IMG/VR virus record: IMGVR_UViG_3300025773_000007
Span: 1 to 62,496 of that record
Length of the DNA stretch: 62,496 nt
From: a virus
Lineage: Duplodnaviria; Caudoviricetes
Reading direction: 5' to 3' (one strand)
Part shown: in pieces, positions 31,084 to 40,110 of the stretch
Layout of the letters: the number at the start of each line of letters is the position of its first letter
Position numbering within the stretch: the stretch's first letter is position 1
Translations under genes and position numbers: made by a program
Notes under the pieces: model-generated
The model's input: only the letters and a program-made list of their open reading frames with translations
What the model was told of the DNA's origin: nothing
Database searches by the model: none

Positions 31084-32115
31084 ATGGCAAATTTGCAAAG
31101 CACTACGGCTACCTCGTTAACAATTAACAGTAACACAGTTTGGACCACAAATAATACAACTGGTCAAAACTCAGGTGTTAGTGCCGACTTGATTGGCGGT
31201 TATGACATAAGATATATTTCTTCGTGGAATAGTTTTAATAACGGTGTTTGGCAAAATATAAATAGTTTCAGTTTGGGCGGATCTACAAGTAACTGGTACC
31301 CTATGATTATCGATGGTGCTAGAAATGCTGACGGTACTAACGGTCTTGACATCAGACGTTTAAGTGTTCACCAAGATGGAAGTAGTTACGGTGCATTTTT
31401 TGGTACTATTCGTTATCGTGCAGGAACTACTAACTTCTGGGAAGTTACAGAAAACTGGGGTTCAGGAACTTACTATCCATTTTTAGCAAACGTACAATGT
31501 TCTACTACAGATACTAAGGTAGCTGTATGGTTGCGTGGCGGACTAAGTTATTACTATAGATTCCATAGTGCTGAATCTTTTACAGATAATAGTGCTACAG
31601 TTCCTAAGAGTTTTAGTGGCGGCACTGTTACCAGTGTTGCTAGTAGTAGTATTCCTAGTTCAAGTCATTATTATCAACATAATATATGTAGTCAAGGTTA
31701 CAACTTAGGACAAAGCGGTTATGGTTGGGGAACAGTATGGAGTGTTAACACAATCAGTACTAGTTCTGACCTTAGATTAAAAGAAAGTTTTGACGTTAGT
31801 TTTGGTTTAGAATTTGTTATGTTACTAAAACCCAAGAGCTTTACTTGGAAAGCACATCCGCATTGGGATGAACCTGTAGTTAACAGCATTGATACAAGAC
31901 GTCATCATGGATTTGTAGCTCAAGAAGTTAAAGAAGCAATGGATCAATTAGGCATAACAGAAGATGAATTTGGTGGGTTAGATACACGAAATCCAGATTT
32001 CTATTATGTTAGATATCAAGAATTTGTTCCAATTTGCACACAAGCTATACAAGAACAACTAGCAGATCTAGCCGATGCTGAAGCACGAGTAGCAAGATTG
32101 GAGGCAATGGTATAA
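31084..32115 (+). CDS. Short fibre/receptor-binding protein with S74 chaperone (paralogue 1 of 3)
   Basis: SSDLRLKES...LKPKSFTW...HGFVAQEV...VRYQEFVP plus terminal coiled coil. N-terminus MANLQST. Confidence 0.85.
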   Translation: MANLQSTTATSLTINSNTVWTTNNTTGQNSGVSADLIGGYDIRYISSWNSFNNGVWQNINSFSLGGSTSNWYPMIIDGARNADGTNGLDIRRLSVHQDGSSYGAFFGTIRYRAGTTNFWEVTENWGSGTYYPFLANVQCSTTDTKVAVWLRGGLSYYYRFHSAESFTDNSATVPKSFSGGTVTSVASSSIPSSSHYYQHNICSQGYNLGQSGYGWGTVWSVNTISTSSDLRLKESFDVSFGLEFVMLLKPKSFTWKAHPHWDEPVVNSIDTRRHHGFVAQEVKEAMDQLGITEDEFGGLDTRNPDFYYVRYQEFVPICTQAIQEQLADLADAEARVARLEAMV

Positions 32116-33149
32116 TGGCATCATTACAAAGTACAGCCGTAACAGGATCACTTACCGCAGGCGGATATGGTGTTTGGTATCATGGAAACGATGGCACTGG
32201 AACGGGTCTTAACGCAAACGATATTTGGGGATATGACCTAAGATACTTAGACGCAAATCGTCGATTAACTTACGTAGATTTAACAAGTGGTAGTACTGGT
32301 ACATTTTATCCTATGACATTTGCTTCGGCAGGTGTTGCTCCTGCTAACAATACAAATTCCAATCAATGGGGTTCTGGTGTTAGCGCACTACATATTCGTC
32401 GTACAAACGTTCACCAAGAAGGTGGAGGTTACGGTAGTTTATTTGGACGCTTGCGTTATCGTTCTTCACAGTGGGGACATCATCAGTCTTTCTGGGAACT
32501 AACGGAAAACTGGGGCAATGGAAGCTATTACCCTTTTATAGCGGGAGCAGCACTACAAGGCGAAACAAGTTATGCTTGTATTTTCCTTAGAGGAGGTTTA
32601 AGTTATTGGTATAGATTTGATAGTCCAGACCAATGGGAAAATTCTTCAGTGGCAACAACAAAGCCATTTCCTAACTACAATAATACAACACTAACTGTAA
32701 GTTCAGTGACTACATCTAGTATTCCAAGCAATGCTAGATACTATGCACAAGGTGTTAGTGTCAAAAGCGGATACAATTTTGGGGATTCAAACTTTAGATG
32801 GAACGTAGTATATGCAACAGCAACTAATGCTAGCTCTGATGCAAGAATAAAAGAAAATATTGGAGTAGTATTAGGAACAGAATTTTTAAGTTTATTGAAA
32901 CCTGTAAGTTATGTTCGAATAGGAGATGCTGATCAACGCAGAGCTCATGGGTTTGTAGCACAGGAAGTCAAAGAAGCTATGGATCAATTGGGTATTCCGC
33001 TGTTTGGCGGATATGATGATGCTAGTCCAGATAAGTTAGCATTGCGTTACAGTGAATTTATATCAACATTAATTAAAACTCTACAAGAAAAACGCGAAAG
33101 AGTTGTAGCTCTTACAGCTAAAATTACAGCATTAGAGGGTAAGGCATAA
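32115..33149 (+). CDS. Short fibre/receptor-binding protein with S74 chaperone (paralogue 2 of 3)
   Basis: SSDARIKEN...LKPVSY...HGFVAQEV...LRYSEFI. N-terminus MASLQST. TAATG overlap with the upstream gene. Confidence 0.85.
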   Translation: MASLQSTAVTGSLTAGGYGVWYHGNDGTGTGLNANDIWGYDLRYLDANRRLTYVDLTSGSTGTFYPMTFASAGVAPANNTNSNQWGSGVSALHIRRTNVHQEGGGYGSLFGRLRYRSSQWGHHQSFWELTENWGNGSYYPFIAGAALQGETSYACIFLRGGLSYWYRFDSPDQWENSSVATTKPFPNYNNTTLTVSSVTTSSIPSNARYYAQGVSVKSGYNFGDSNFRWNVVYATATNASSDARIKENIGVVLGTEFLSLLKPVSYVRIGDADQRRAHGFVAQEVKEAMDQLGIPLFGGYDDASPDKLALRYSEFISTLIKTLQEKRERVVALTAKITALEGKA

Positions 33150-34249
33150 TGGCATCGTTAAAATCAACTAATATAGCAACCAGTGCAACTGTTGGCGGCG
33201 GGGCAGTTTGGCACACAGGTAATCAAGGCAGTACAAGCGGAGCAGATACAGGTTTAAATGCTGGACAAATTTGGGGTTGGAATGACTACGAGTTTGACAT
33301 TCCATCTAGGACCACTGCACTTACATTAGGTGGCAACACTAGTAACTATTATCCAATTATATTTGCACAAAATGCATGGGATGCTGGAAGTTATGGAACG
33401 CCTCTTATTATGGATATCCGTCGTACAGATGCTGACCAAACAGCTGACGGTGCAGGCACCGGTACATTCTTCATGAAGTTGAAGTACAGAGCAACTAACT
33501 GGGGATTCCATCAGAATCACTGGGAAATTTTAGAAAACTATGCCAGCCCAACCGCAACACAATATCCATTTGTTGCTAACGTAGCACAACCTGGAACCAG
33601 TGCCTGGCTGGGCGTATGGATGAAAGGCGGTTTGCACTATCACTTTGCGTTTGGTACGCAAGCAGCTGTATTTGATAGTAACTGCACTACGTCACGAAAC
33701 AAAGGTGTAGGTAACGGATCTGGCAGTTATTTAAACGGTGATAGTTTCTGTTGGGAAAACCCAACACTAACTGGTGGTGGTGTAGGTTATCAAACTACAT
33801 TAAGTGTTCCTAGTTATGCTACCTACTTCCAACAAGATTTGTGTTCAAAAGGTTATGACTTAGGACAAAGTAGTTTCCGTGCAAGTAACGTATATGTAAC
33901 TAGTACTAGCATAAGTTCTGACGAAAGAGTTAAAGACAATTTCGGTGTTACATTTGGAACAGAATTTATAGAATTATTAAAACCAGTTAGCTATACATTT
34001 AAAGGCGACTGGGACGATGGTAAATTACACTATGGTCTACTAGCACAAGATGTTAAAGATGCTATGGATCAGTTAGGAATTACAGAAGACGAATTTGCTG
34101 GATACGATGGAAGAAATCCTGATATGTTAAGCCTGTTGTATGATGAATTCATTCCTATTATTGTAAAAACCATCCAAGAAGAAGAAAATATTATGACAAA
34201 TTTAAAAACAAGAATATCAGCATTGGAGGCAAAACATGGCGGTGTATAA
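33149..34249 (+). CDS. Short fibre/receptor-binding protein with S74 chaperone (paralogue 3 of 3)
   Basis: SSDERVKDN...LKPVSYTF...YGLLAQDV...LLYDEFIP. N-terminus MASLKST. TAATG overlap. Confidence 0.85.
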   Translation: MASLKSTNIATSATVGGGAVWHTGNQGSTSGADTGLNAGQIWGWNDYEFDIPSRTTALTLGGNTSNYYPIIFAQNAWDAGSYGTPLIMDIRRTDADQTADGAGTGTFFMKLKYRATNWGFHQNHWEILENYASPTATQYPFVANVAQPGTSAWLGVWMKGGLHYHFAFGTQAAVFDSNCTTSRNKGVGNGSGSYLNGDSFCWENPTLTGGGVGYQTTLSVPSYATYFQQDLCSKGYDLGQSSFRASNVYVTSTSISSDERVKDNFGVTFGTEFIELLKPVSYTFKGDWDDGKLHYGLLAQDVKDAMDQLGITEDEFAGYDGRNPDMLSLLYDEFIPIIVKTIQEEENIMTNLKTRISALEAKHGGV

Positions 34250-34532
34250 TCTTATAAAATCTGCAGATTCAAGCAGTGTTACTATTTTAAATAACGGTAT
34301 TGAAGTAAGTCTCTACACAGATGTTTTTGATACTGGCACAGATATTCATGGCTGGGGCGGCTGGAAAGGCTCTCCTGATCAAATCGCATTTGCATTATGC
34401 TATGATTATACTAAAGATTTAGAAAAATCCAAAGCAGCTTATCCTACCTTAGCTCAACTCATAATCAACGCGGCACCTTTTGAATTAAACATAAGTACTG
34501 GGTCTATAGATTTTGCACTTAGCCAGATTTAA
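34236..34532 (+). CDS. Small hypothetical protein, DUF6166-like
   Basis: GWGGWKGSPDQIAFALCYDYTKD...AY resembles the WGY.GSGP.QLA.ALL.D pattern I recall for DUF6166. RBS GGAGG. Confidence 0.5.
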   Translation: MAVYNLIKSADSSSVTILNNGIEVSLYTDVFDTGTDIHGWGGWKGSPDQIAFALCYDYTKDLEKSKAAYPTLAQLIINAAPFELNISTGSIDFALSQI

Positions 34533-34572
34533 TCCCGTTAAGTGCTATCTAGCACTTAATTGAGGATTTTTT
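34531..34572 (+). promoter_or_regulatory. Long hairpin plus T tract overlapping the next RBS (terminator/attenuator candidate)
   Basis: TTAAGTGCTA-TC-TAGCACTTAA (34538-34559), extendable by AATCC/GGATT, which covers most of the GAGGA RBS. TTTTTT follows, then ATG 34573. Confidence 0.6.
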
Positions 34573-35259
34573 ATGTCTGTGAAAATTGGTTGGTTTGTAA
34601 ACAGTGAACCAGCATGGAACGAGTTGGTATATCAACAACCCGAACCGTTAGCATTGAATCAAGATCATTCTGCTCAATATGTTCGTTGTCCTGCTACAGC
34701 ACATTATTGTAAAAATACGTTTATAATTAGATCAGGTTACGATCTACATCTACGTTTTGATAAAAATACCAAAACGATCAAATATATCGACGGCAGTCTC
34801 GATCCTAGTTATGTAAAAGAATTACTAGTTCAATTTCACCCCAACGAGTGGCGCAACCCGCACACTCCTATTTTTCAACTACATTTAGATAATGGATTTG
34901 TTGCAGACGAACCTGTCTGGATGGAAGTTTTTCCAGCATTTTATCAAGCTCCTAAGATTCCGGGACATATAATTCCAGGAACATTTGATATCTATAGTTG
35001 GCAACGTATGCTTAGTTATAGTTTTGAATGGATGAATCCTGACGAAGACTATCACATTAGTCGAGGTGATCCACTGTATAGTGTTAGATTCAGATCAAGG
35101 GATCCGGGAGATAGTTTTAAAATCGAAACAATTAAAATGGACGACCGATTAAAAAACGATATTGGAAAATGTCAAGGTGTTAAGTTTGCTTTAAAAAATT
35201 ATAGCTGGCGCCTAATGGCCTTAAATAGAACACTACGCCCAAGGAGATACATTAAATGA
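34573..35259 (+). CDS. Uncharacterised phage protein (DUF6065/dUTPase-fold-like family seen in oxygenase islands)
   Basis: CPA...KNTF.I.S.YD, IIPGTFDI..W.R and I.RGDPL..VRF pattern. Assignment from memory of the family only. Confidence 0.45.
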   Translation: MSVKIGWFVNSEPAWNELVYQQPEPLALNQDHSAQYVRCPATAHYCKNTFIIRSGYDLHLRFDKNTKTIKYIDGSLDPSYVKELLVQFHPNEWRNPHTPIFQLHLDNGFVADEPVWMEVFPAFYQAPKIPGHIIPGTFDIYSWQRMLSYSFEWMNPDEDYHISRGDPLYSVRFRSRDPGDSFKIETIKMDDRLKNDIGKCQGVKFALKNYSWRLMALNRTLRPRRYIK

Positions 35260-36032
35260 ATATGGAATTAATCGACATTTATCCTGTTAAAATTGCTACT
35301 TATGATCTAAAGCAATTATTAACAGTTGATGAATTTATTTCACTACAAGACGCAATTGAAAATACAAGTGCAGATACACACGAACGTTTGAAAAAACCAC
35401 AAAGCCCGCCAGCAACAACTGACAGTACTTTGTTTTTAAATGAAAATCATTCTGCTCTTATGAAAGTTAAAAAAGATTTTCATGAAAGTTGTATTGCACT
35501 TCATGAAGCAAAGTTTCCAAATTTAGCTGGAAAGTTTCATGTTTACGATAGTATTTGTAAAGGTATTGTTATTAACTCAATGACAACAATGCAAGATACT
35601 ATGAGCAACTATCCATGGCACTATACTGGAATTGCTGTTATTAGAGCTCCTGAAACTTTACCCGAAGGACAAGGGGATATTGTGTTTGTTGATCCACTAC
35701 CTGTTAGTGAAAAAGGCGACCAACATGGTGTAATTGCAAAACGCGGCAATATGACTATATTTCCATCATGGTTGAAATATCGTTTTAGACCAATTGCGTA
35801 TCAAGAAACTGAATACGATACTGTCATGATACTAGTTATGAATAGTTTTGTTGTTCATGAAAGATTAGAAGACTATGCAGCTAAAGAACGTGCGGCCTAT
35901 AAAGGCGAACCAACAGAAGCTCCACTATTCCAATTAGGGCCAACAGGTGATCGCGGAGAAACTGAAATTGATATTAAACCTCCTACAGATAGTTCACTTC
36001 CATCTGAGGGGATAGATATTGGCCGTTTCTGA
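35256..36032 (+). CDS. 2OG-Fe(II) oxygenase-fold protein lacking iron ligands
   Basis: TGIAVIRAPE...GDIVFVDP...GNMTIFPSWL matches the TIGR02466-type scaffold, but the distal His is Tyr (FPSWLKY) and no HxH/HxD is present. Confidence 0.6.
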   Translation: MNMELIDIYPVKIATYDLKQLLTVDEFISLQDAIENTSADTHERLKKPQSPPATTDSTLFLNENHSALMKVKKDFHESCIALHEAKFPNLAGKFHVYDSICKGIVINSMTTMQDTMSNYPWHYTGIAVIRAPETLPEGQGDIVFVDPLPVSEKGDQHGVIAKRGNMTIFPSWLKYRFRPIAYQETEYDTVMILVMNSFVVHERLEDYAAKERAAYKGEPTEAPLFQLGPTGDRGETEIDIKPPTDSSLPSEGIDIGRF

Positions 36033-36592
36033 TGAAACACATTGTAGTTGACAACATCGTACCTTTACCTTTGCAAGATCAATACGAATATGCTTGCCAA
36101 GGGTTTAGCTGGAATTATCTTATATCTACATATAAAGGTACAAATCCAGGTTCTAAGGAAACTGAAGAAATATACGATGTTGGCCAACTAGTTTACCCTA
36201 TTCATTTTAGAGATTATACGACTAGCTTTTACTCTCAATTAGATCCGTTAATATCGGCTATATCAAAGATTAAACCTTTATATAAAGATTTGCTAAAAAT
36301 AAAAGCCAATCTGTTGTGGAGAACTAGAGATTCCAATAACCGTTGGAATACACCACATACTGATATAGATAGTGTTGCCAATAAGGATGACATTTTTTGG
36401 TCATGTGTGTATTATGTAAATGACTCGGACGGTGATACTTGTTTATTTTACGAAAACGAAGTAGTACGAGTATCACCTAAAAAAGGCCGAGCTGTATTAT
36501 TTCCTTCTAGTTTGTTACATGCAGGATCTAATCCTACTGTAAGCCAGCAACGTGTGGTCTTTAATATAGTATGGAAAACAACACATGATTAA
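36032..36592 (+). CDS. 2OG-Fe(II) oxygenase
   Basis: PHTD...VYYVNDSDGDT...PKKGRAVLFPS.LLHAG...RVVFN: HxD...H triad and 2OG-binding Arg. Confidence 0.88.
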   Translation: MKHIVVDNIVPLPLQDQYEYACQGFSWNYLISTYKGTNPGSKETEEIYDVGQLVYPIHFRDYTTSFYSQLDPLISAISKIKPLYKDLLKIKANLLWRTRDSNNRWNTPHTDIDSVANKDDIFWSCVYYVNDSDGDTCLFYENEVVRVSPKKGRAVLFPSSLLHAGSNPTVSQQRVVFNIVWKTTHD

Positions 36593-38093
36593 AAAAATTG
36601 TTATTGTCGGAGGCGGAACAGCAGGCTGGATTGTAGCTAACTGTATGCAATCATTTACTTTAGACGATATGGAAATTAGTCTATTAGAAAGTGATAAATT
36701 ACCTACAGTTGGAGTCGGTGAAGGAACTAGTAGCCACTTTTGGGCATTTTTAAATCGTTGGTGTCCTTGGTTAAATGAAGCAGAATTTATTCGAGAAACA
36801 AATGCTACATTTAAAATAGGCAGCAGATTCGAAGACTGGACACATCCAGGTAGTGTATATACAACTCCTAACGATAATATCGGACATCCTATGGAGTCTA
36901 ATAACTATTGGCCTCCAGATTTTGATGCTATGCGAGCTTATGCTGTCTTGCACGGGTTATCAACAAACCCTAGTATTCAAAGTAAATTGATGGACACATT
37001 AAAAAGTCCTTATTTTTCAGGACAAAGCACTGGACATAGTTACCACTTTGACGCTGCCTTAGCACTAAAATATTTTCATAGTAAAGCAGAAGCTGCAAAT
37101 ATTAAAAGAATTATCGGAACAGTAGTAGATGCAGATGTAGAAGAATCTGGTCTAGTCAAATGTTTGAATTTAGATGATGGCAGAAAAGTCTATGCTGATA
37201 TGTTTATCGACTGTACAGGCTTTTTAAGATTATTTCCTAAGATATTTAATATTAAATTTATTAGTTGGAAGGAACATATCCTCGTAGATCGCGCCATTAA
37301 CTTTCCTATCCCAATTAAAGAAACTGAAAAAATACCTACACATACACTAAGCAAAGCCATGCCAAACGGTTGGCTATGGCGAGTACCTACTTTTACCAGA
37401 TATGGATCTGGTTACATTTATAGTAGTGATCACATTACAACTGATCAAGCATTTGATACACTACAAAAAGACTTTGGTGCAGATAGATATCTACAAGAAA
37501 TTAAGTTTGATACAGGATATTTAGAAAAAGGATGGGTCAATAATGTTTTATTCAGCGGATTGTGTGCTGGATTTGTTGAACCTATGGAAGCAACTAGCTT
37601 GCACAGTAGTATATGTAACCTATTAGTGTTCATGAAAGACTATTTTAGACCCGACATGGATTTACTTGATACAAATTTACATAAACGCTACAACGAAAAT
37701 TACTGGAAACCCTATTGGGAAAGTGTACGAGATTGGATATTACTACACTACATGGGCGGAAGAGAAGATACTGAATTCTGGCGCACAGTGAAGAATATGA
37801 AATTGCCTGATAGTCTTGAAAGTAAAATGCAACTATGGAAATTTAGACTACCAAGAATTATTGAAACTAGCCACATGGATCAAGTGTGGCAACATACACT
37901 AGTATACGGTGTGTTAGACGGTTTAAAATTGTTAGACAAAAATCTAGCAAAAAAAGAATTAGCCTACTACGATTTAGAACATATAGGTAAAGAGATTTAC
38001 GAAAAATATAATAATTTAGCAAATAAATTATATCTAGGAGCAAAGGATCACAGGAGACATTTAACTGAGATTAGAAACGGGGCCAGTACATGA
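36585..38093 (+). CDS. Flavin-dependent halogenase (tryptophan halogenase, PrnA family)
   Basis: GGGTAGW FAD motif, GVGEGT, catalytic Lys in ATFKIG, FIDCTGF, GWLWRVP (WxWxIP), GFVEPMEATSL. Confidence 0.92.
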   Translation: MIKKIVIVGGGTAGWIVANCMQSFTLDDMEISLLESDKLPTVGVGEGTSSHFWAFLNRWCPWLNEAEFIRETNATFKIGSRFEDWTHPGSVYTTPNDNIGHPMESNNYWPPDFDAMRAYAVLHGLSTNPSIQSKLMDTLKSPYFSGQSTGHSYHFDAALALKYFHSKAEAANIKRIIGTVVDADVEESGLVKCLNLDDGRKVYADMFIDCTGFLRLFPKIFNIKFISWKEHILVDRAINFPIPIKETEKIPTHTLSKAMPNGWLWRVPTFTRYGSGYIYSSDHITTDQAFDTLQKDFGADRYLQEIKFDTGYLEKGWVNNVLFSGLCAGFVEPMEATSLHSSICNLLVFMKDYFRPDMDLLDTNLHKRYNENYWKPYWESVRDWILLHYMGGREDTEFWRTVKNMKLPDSLESKMQLWKFRLPRIIETSHMDQVWQHTLVYGVLDGLKLLDKNLAKKELAYYDLEHIGKEIYEKYNNLANKLYLGAKDHRRHLTEIRNGAST

Positions 38094-39535
38094 AGAAATT
38101 TTTTATAGCAGGTGGTGGAACAGCAGGGTGGGTAGTAGCTAGTATGTTAGCTGCACTTTATAAAGGTTGTGATATTACTTTGGTAGAAAGTCAAGATATT
38201 GGCACTATTGGTGTTGGTGAAAGTACAACTCCTGCTATATTAGATTTTTTAAATCTCAGCGGAATTAATCTAATTGATTTTATAAATTATACCGACAGCA
38301 CTATTAAAGTTGGAATTAATTTTGAAAATTGGACAGGCACTGATAACAAATATTTTCACGGTAATAGAGATTATCTACACAGCTTTGATCTTACTAAACA
38401 AAATGATTTCTGGGGAGTAAGTTACTTACACGATTTTTTAGAAGACGAACACAAGTACAGTAATTATGTAAGAGATAATCTAGTTCCTTTTAATCGTAAA
38501 GGATATCAAGTTGGCGCCCATGCTCTTCATATCAATGCCAACAAATTAGTAGAATATTTGCGTAAATTCTTACAAGGAAAAGTAACTGTAAAAGAAGGGT
38601 TGATTACAGAAGTTAAAAAAGACGAACAAGGAATCTCTAGTGTAAAATTAGAAAGCGGTGAGGTATTTTCTGCAGATGTTTATTTTGATTGTACTGGATT
38701 CAAGCGTGTAATACATCAACATGTCGATTCAAAATGGCATAGTCTTAAAGATTTGCTACCAGTAAATAGGGCTATCCCAAGTCCATTTGATTGGAACGAT
38801 CCTATGAATACTACACACTCTAGTGCATTGTCATCTGGATGGGTATGGCAAGTTCCGTTAAGCAATCGTGTAGGTTCAGGATACGTATACAGTGAAGAGT
38901 TTAGCAAGGACCCAGAAGCAGAATTTGTAGAATATATTAAACAAAAATATAATCGAGTTGTAGAACCTACACGTACAATTAAATTCGAAGCAGGGTATGT
39001 AAAGAACCCTTGGTCAAAAAATGTGGTATGTGTCGGTTTAAGTAGCGGGTTTGTAGAACCATTAGAAAGCACAAGCATACACATGATGTTTCATCAGATT
39101 ATGTGTTTTTCTCAACTATATGATGGCTTAATTAGTGCTAACATCAATAATGTTTACAATAGTTATATGATAGACATGTACGATGATACAGCTAGCTTTG
39201 TTAAAATGCACTATCTTGGCGGTAGAAATGATACTGAATTTTGGAAGTATATGCAGAATTCAAAAAATACTCCTAGGCTAGACAACTTATTATCTATATG
39301 GAATAATCATTTCCCAACAGCAGATCATATTGGACAAAATAAAGACCGTGTAGTCGGTTATAGATTGTTTGCATTACCTGCCTGGATACAAGTATTAGTT
39401 GGGATGAAAATTATTGACAAGTCTTTGATTAAAAAATATATCGATTTTAATCAAATACCTAAGAGTGAAGTAGTAGAAGAACAGTTAGTTACACAACGAG
39501 AGTTCTTAAAGGCTATACAAAATCGGGCCCAATAA
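38090..39535 (+). CDS. Flavin-dependent halogenase (tryptophan halogenase, PrnA family)
   Basis: GGGTAGW, GVGESTTP, STIKVGINFENW, FDCTGF, GWVWQVP, GFVEPLESTSI. Confidence 0.92.
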   Translation: MKKFFIAGGGTAGWVVASMLAALYKGCDITLVESQDIGTIGVGESTTPAILDFLNLSGINLIDFINYTDSTIKVGINFENWTGTDNKYFHGNRDYLHSFDLTKQNDFWGVSYLHDFLEDEHKYSNYVRDNLVPFNRKGYQVGAHALHINANKLVEYLRKFLQGKVTVKEGLITEVKKDEQGISSVKLESGEVFSADVYFDCTGFKRVIHQHVDSKWHSLKDLLPVNRAIPSPFDWNDPMNTTHSSALSSGWVWQVPLSNRVGSGYVYSEEFSKDPEAEFVEYIKQKYNRVVEPTRTIKFEAGYVKNPWSKNVVCVGLSSGFVEPLESTSIHMMFHQIMCFSQLYDGLISANINNVYNSYMIDMYDDTASFVKMHYLGGRNDTEFWKYMQNSKNTPRLDNLLSIWNNHFPTADHIGQNKDRVVGYRLFALPAWIQVLVGMKIIDKSLIKKYIDFNQIPKSEVVEEQLVTQREFLKAIQNRAQ

Positions 39536-40109
39536 CCCAGCCAACTAAAGACTTTCTTACACCTTTAGTAACAGGAGTTACGCTATGAGGTAAGAACGAA
39601 GGGAAGAACACAATCTCATTTTGTTTTAATCTAACAATATTACCAGGATTGGAATCGTGAAATACTAAATTTCCACCTTCAAATTCACTAGGATCATTTA
39701 GTTGGATACTGAAAGATAACTTTCTGCATCTACCGTTTTCTCCTTTAAGAGTTGCATCGGTATGCATGTCGTAAAATCCTTGATCTTCCGAACGATATAT
39801 AGAATACTGTAGTGTTTGAATATGTGTTAGTGCAAACTTATAATAGCCAGCATTAACTTCATTTACAGCATCGGATAATCTTTTATAGATGTTGTCAAAT
39901 GTAGGAGTTTCTTCTAAGAATACGATATCTGTTCTGCGAAGTCGACTATTTCTAGATCCACCGTTTTCTTTTATCTTAGCAGAAATTATTTGCTCAGGAT
40001 GTTGAGATATATAATTTTCTATAAAATTGTGTTGCTCTTGAGTAAAAATATCTCTTGATACAACACACCATGCATCTTTAGTTTTAGATGGATGTTCTAA
40101 AGCCCACAT
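39513..40109 (-). CDS. PKHD-type / prolyl-4-hydroxylase-like 2OG-Fe(II) oxygenase
   Basis: FYDMHTD...RKLSFSIQLNDPSEFEGG...FPSFLPHSVTPVTKGVRKSLVGW. ATG at 40109 preferred to the track's TTG 40124. Confidence 0.9.
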   Translation of the reverse strand: MWALEHPSKTKDAWCVVSRDIFTQEQHNFIENYISQHPEQIISAKIKENGGSRNSRLRRTDIVFLEETPTFDNIYKRLSDAVNEVNAGYYKFALTHIQTLQYSIYRSEDQGFYDMHTDATLKGENGRCRKLSFSIQLNDPSEFEGGNLVFHDSNPGNIVRLKQNEIVFFPSFLPHSVTPVTKGVRKSLVGWVIGPDFV

Positions 40110-40110
40110 A

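Noticed and set aside
29949-34249. Diversity-generating retroelement or invertase shufflon acting on the tandem fibre genes
   Set aside because: No reverse transcriptase or recombinase in the window, no near-identical template repeat differing at adenines, and all copies are full-length, co-oriented and have their own starts.
35222-35227. TAAATA about 28 nt upstream of the 35256 gene as an internal late promoter
   Set aside because: It lies inside a coding region and the hexamer is expected by chance in AT-rich DNA. It is plausible but not supportable without TSS data.
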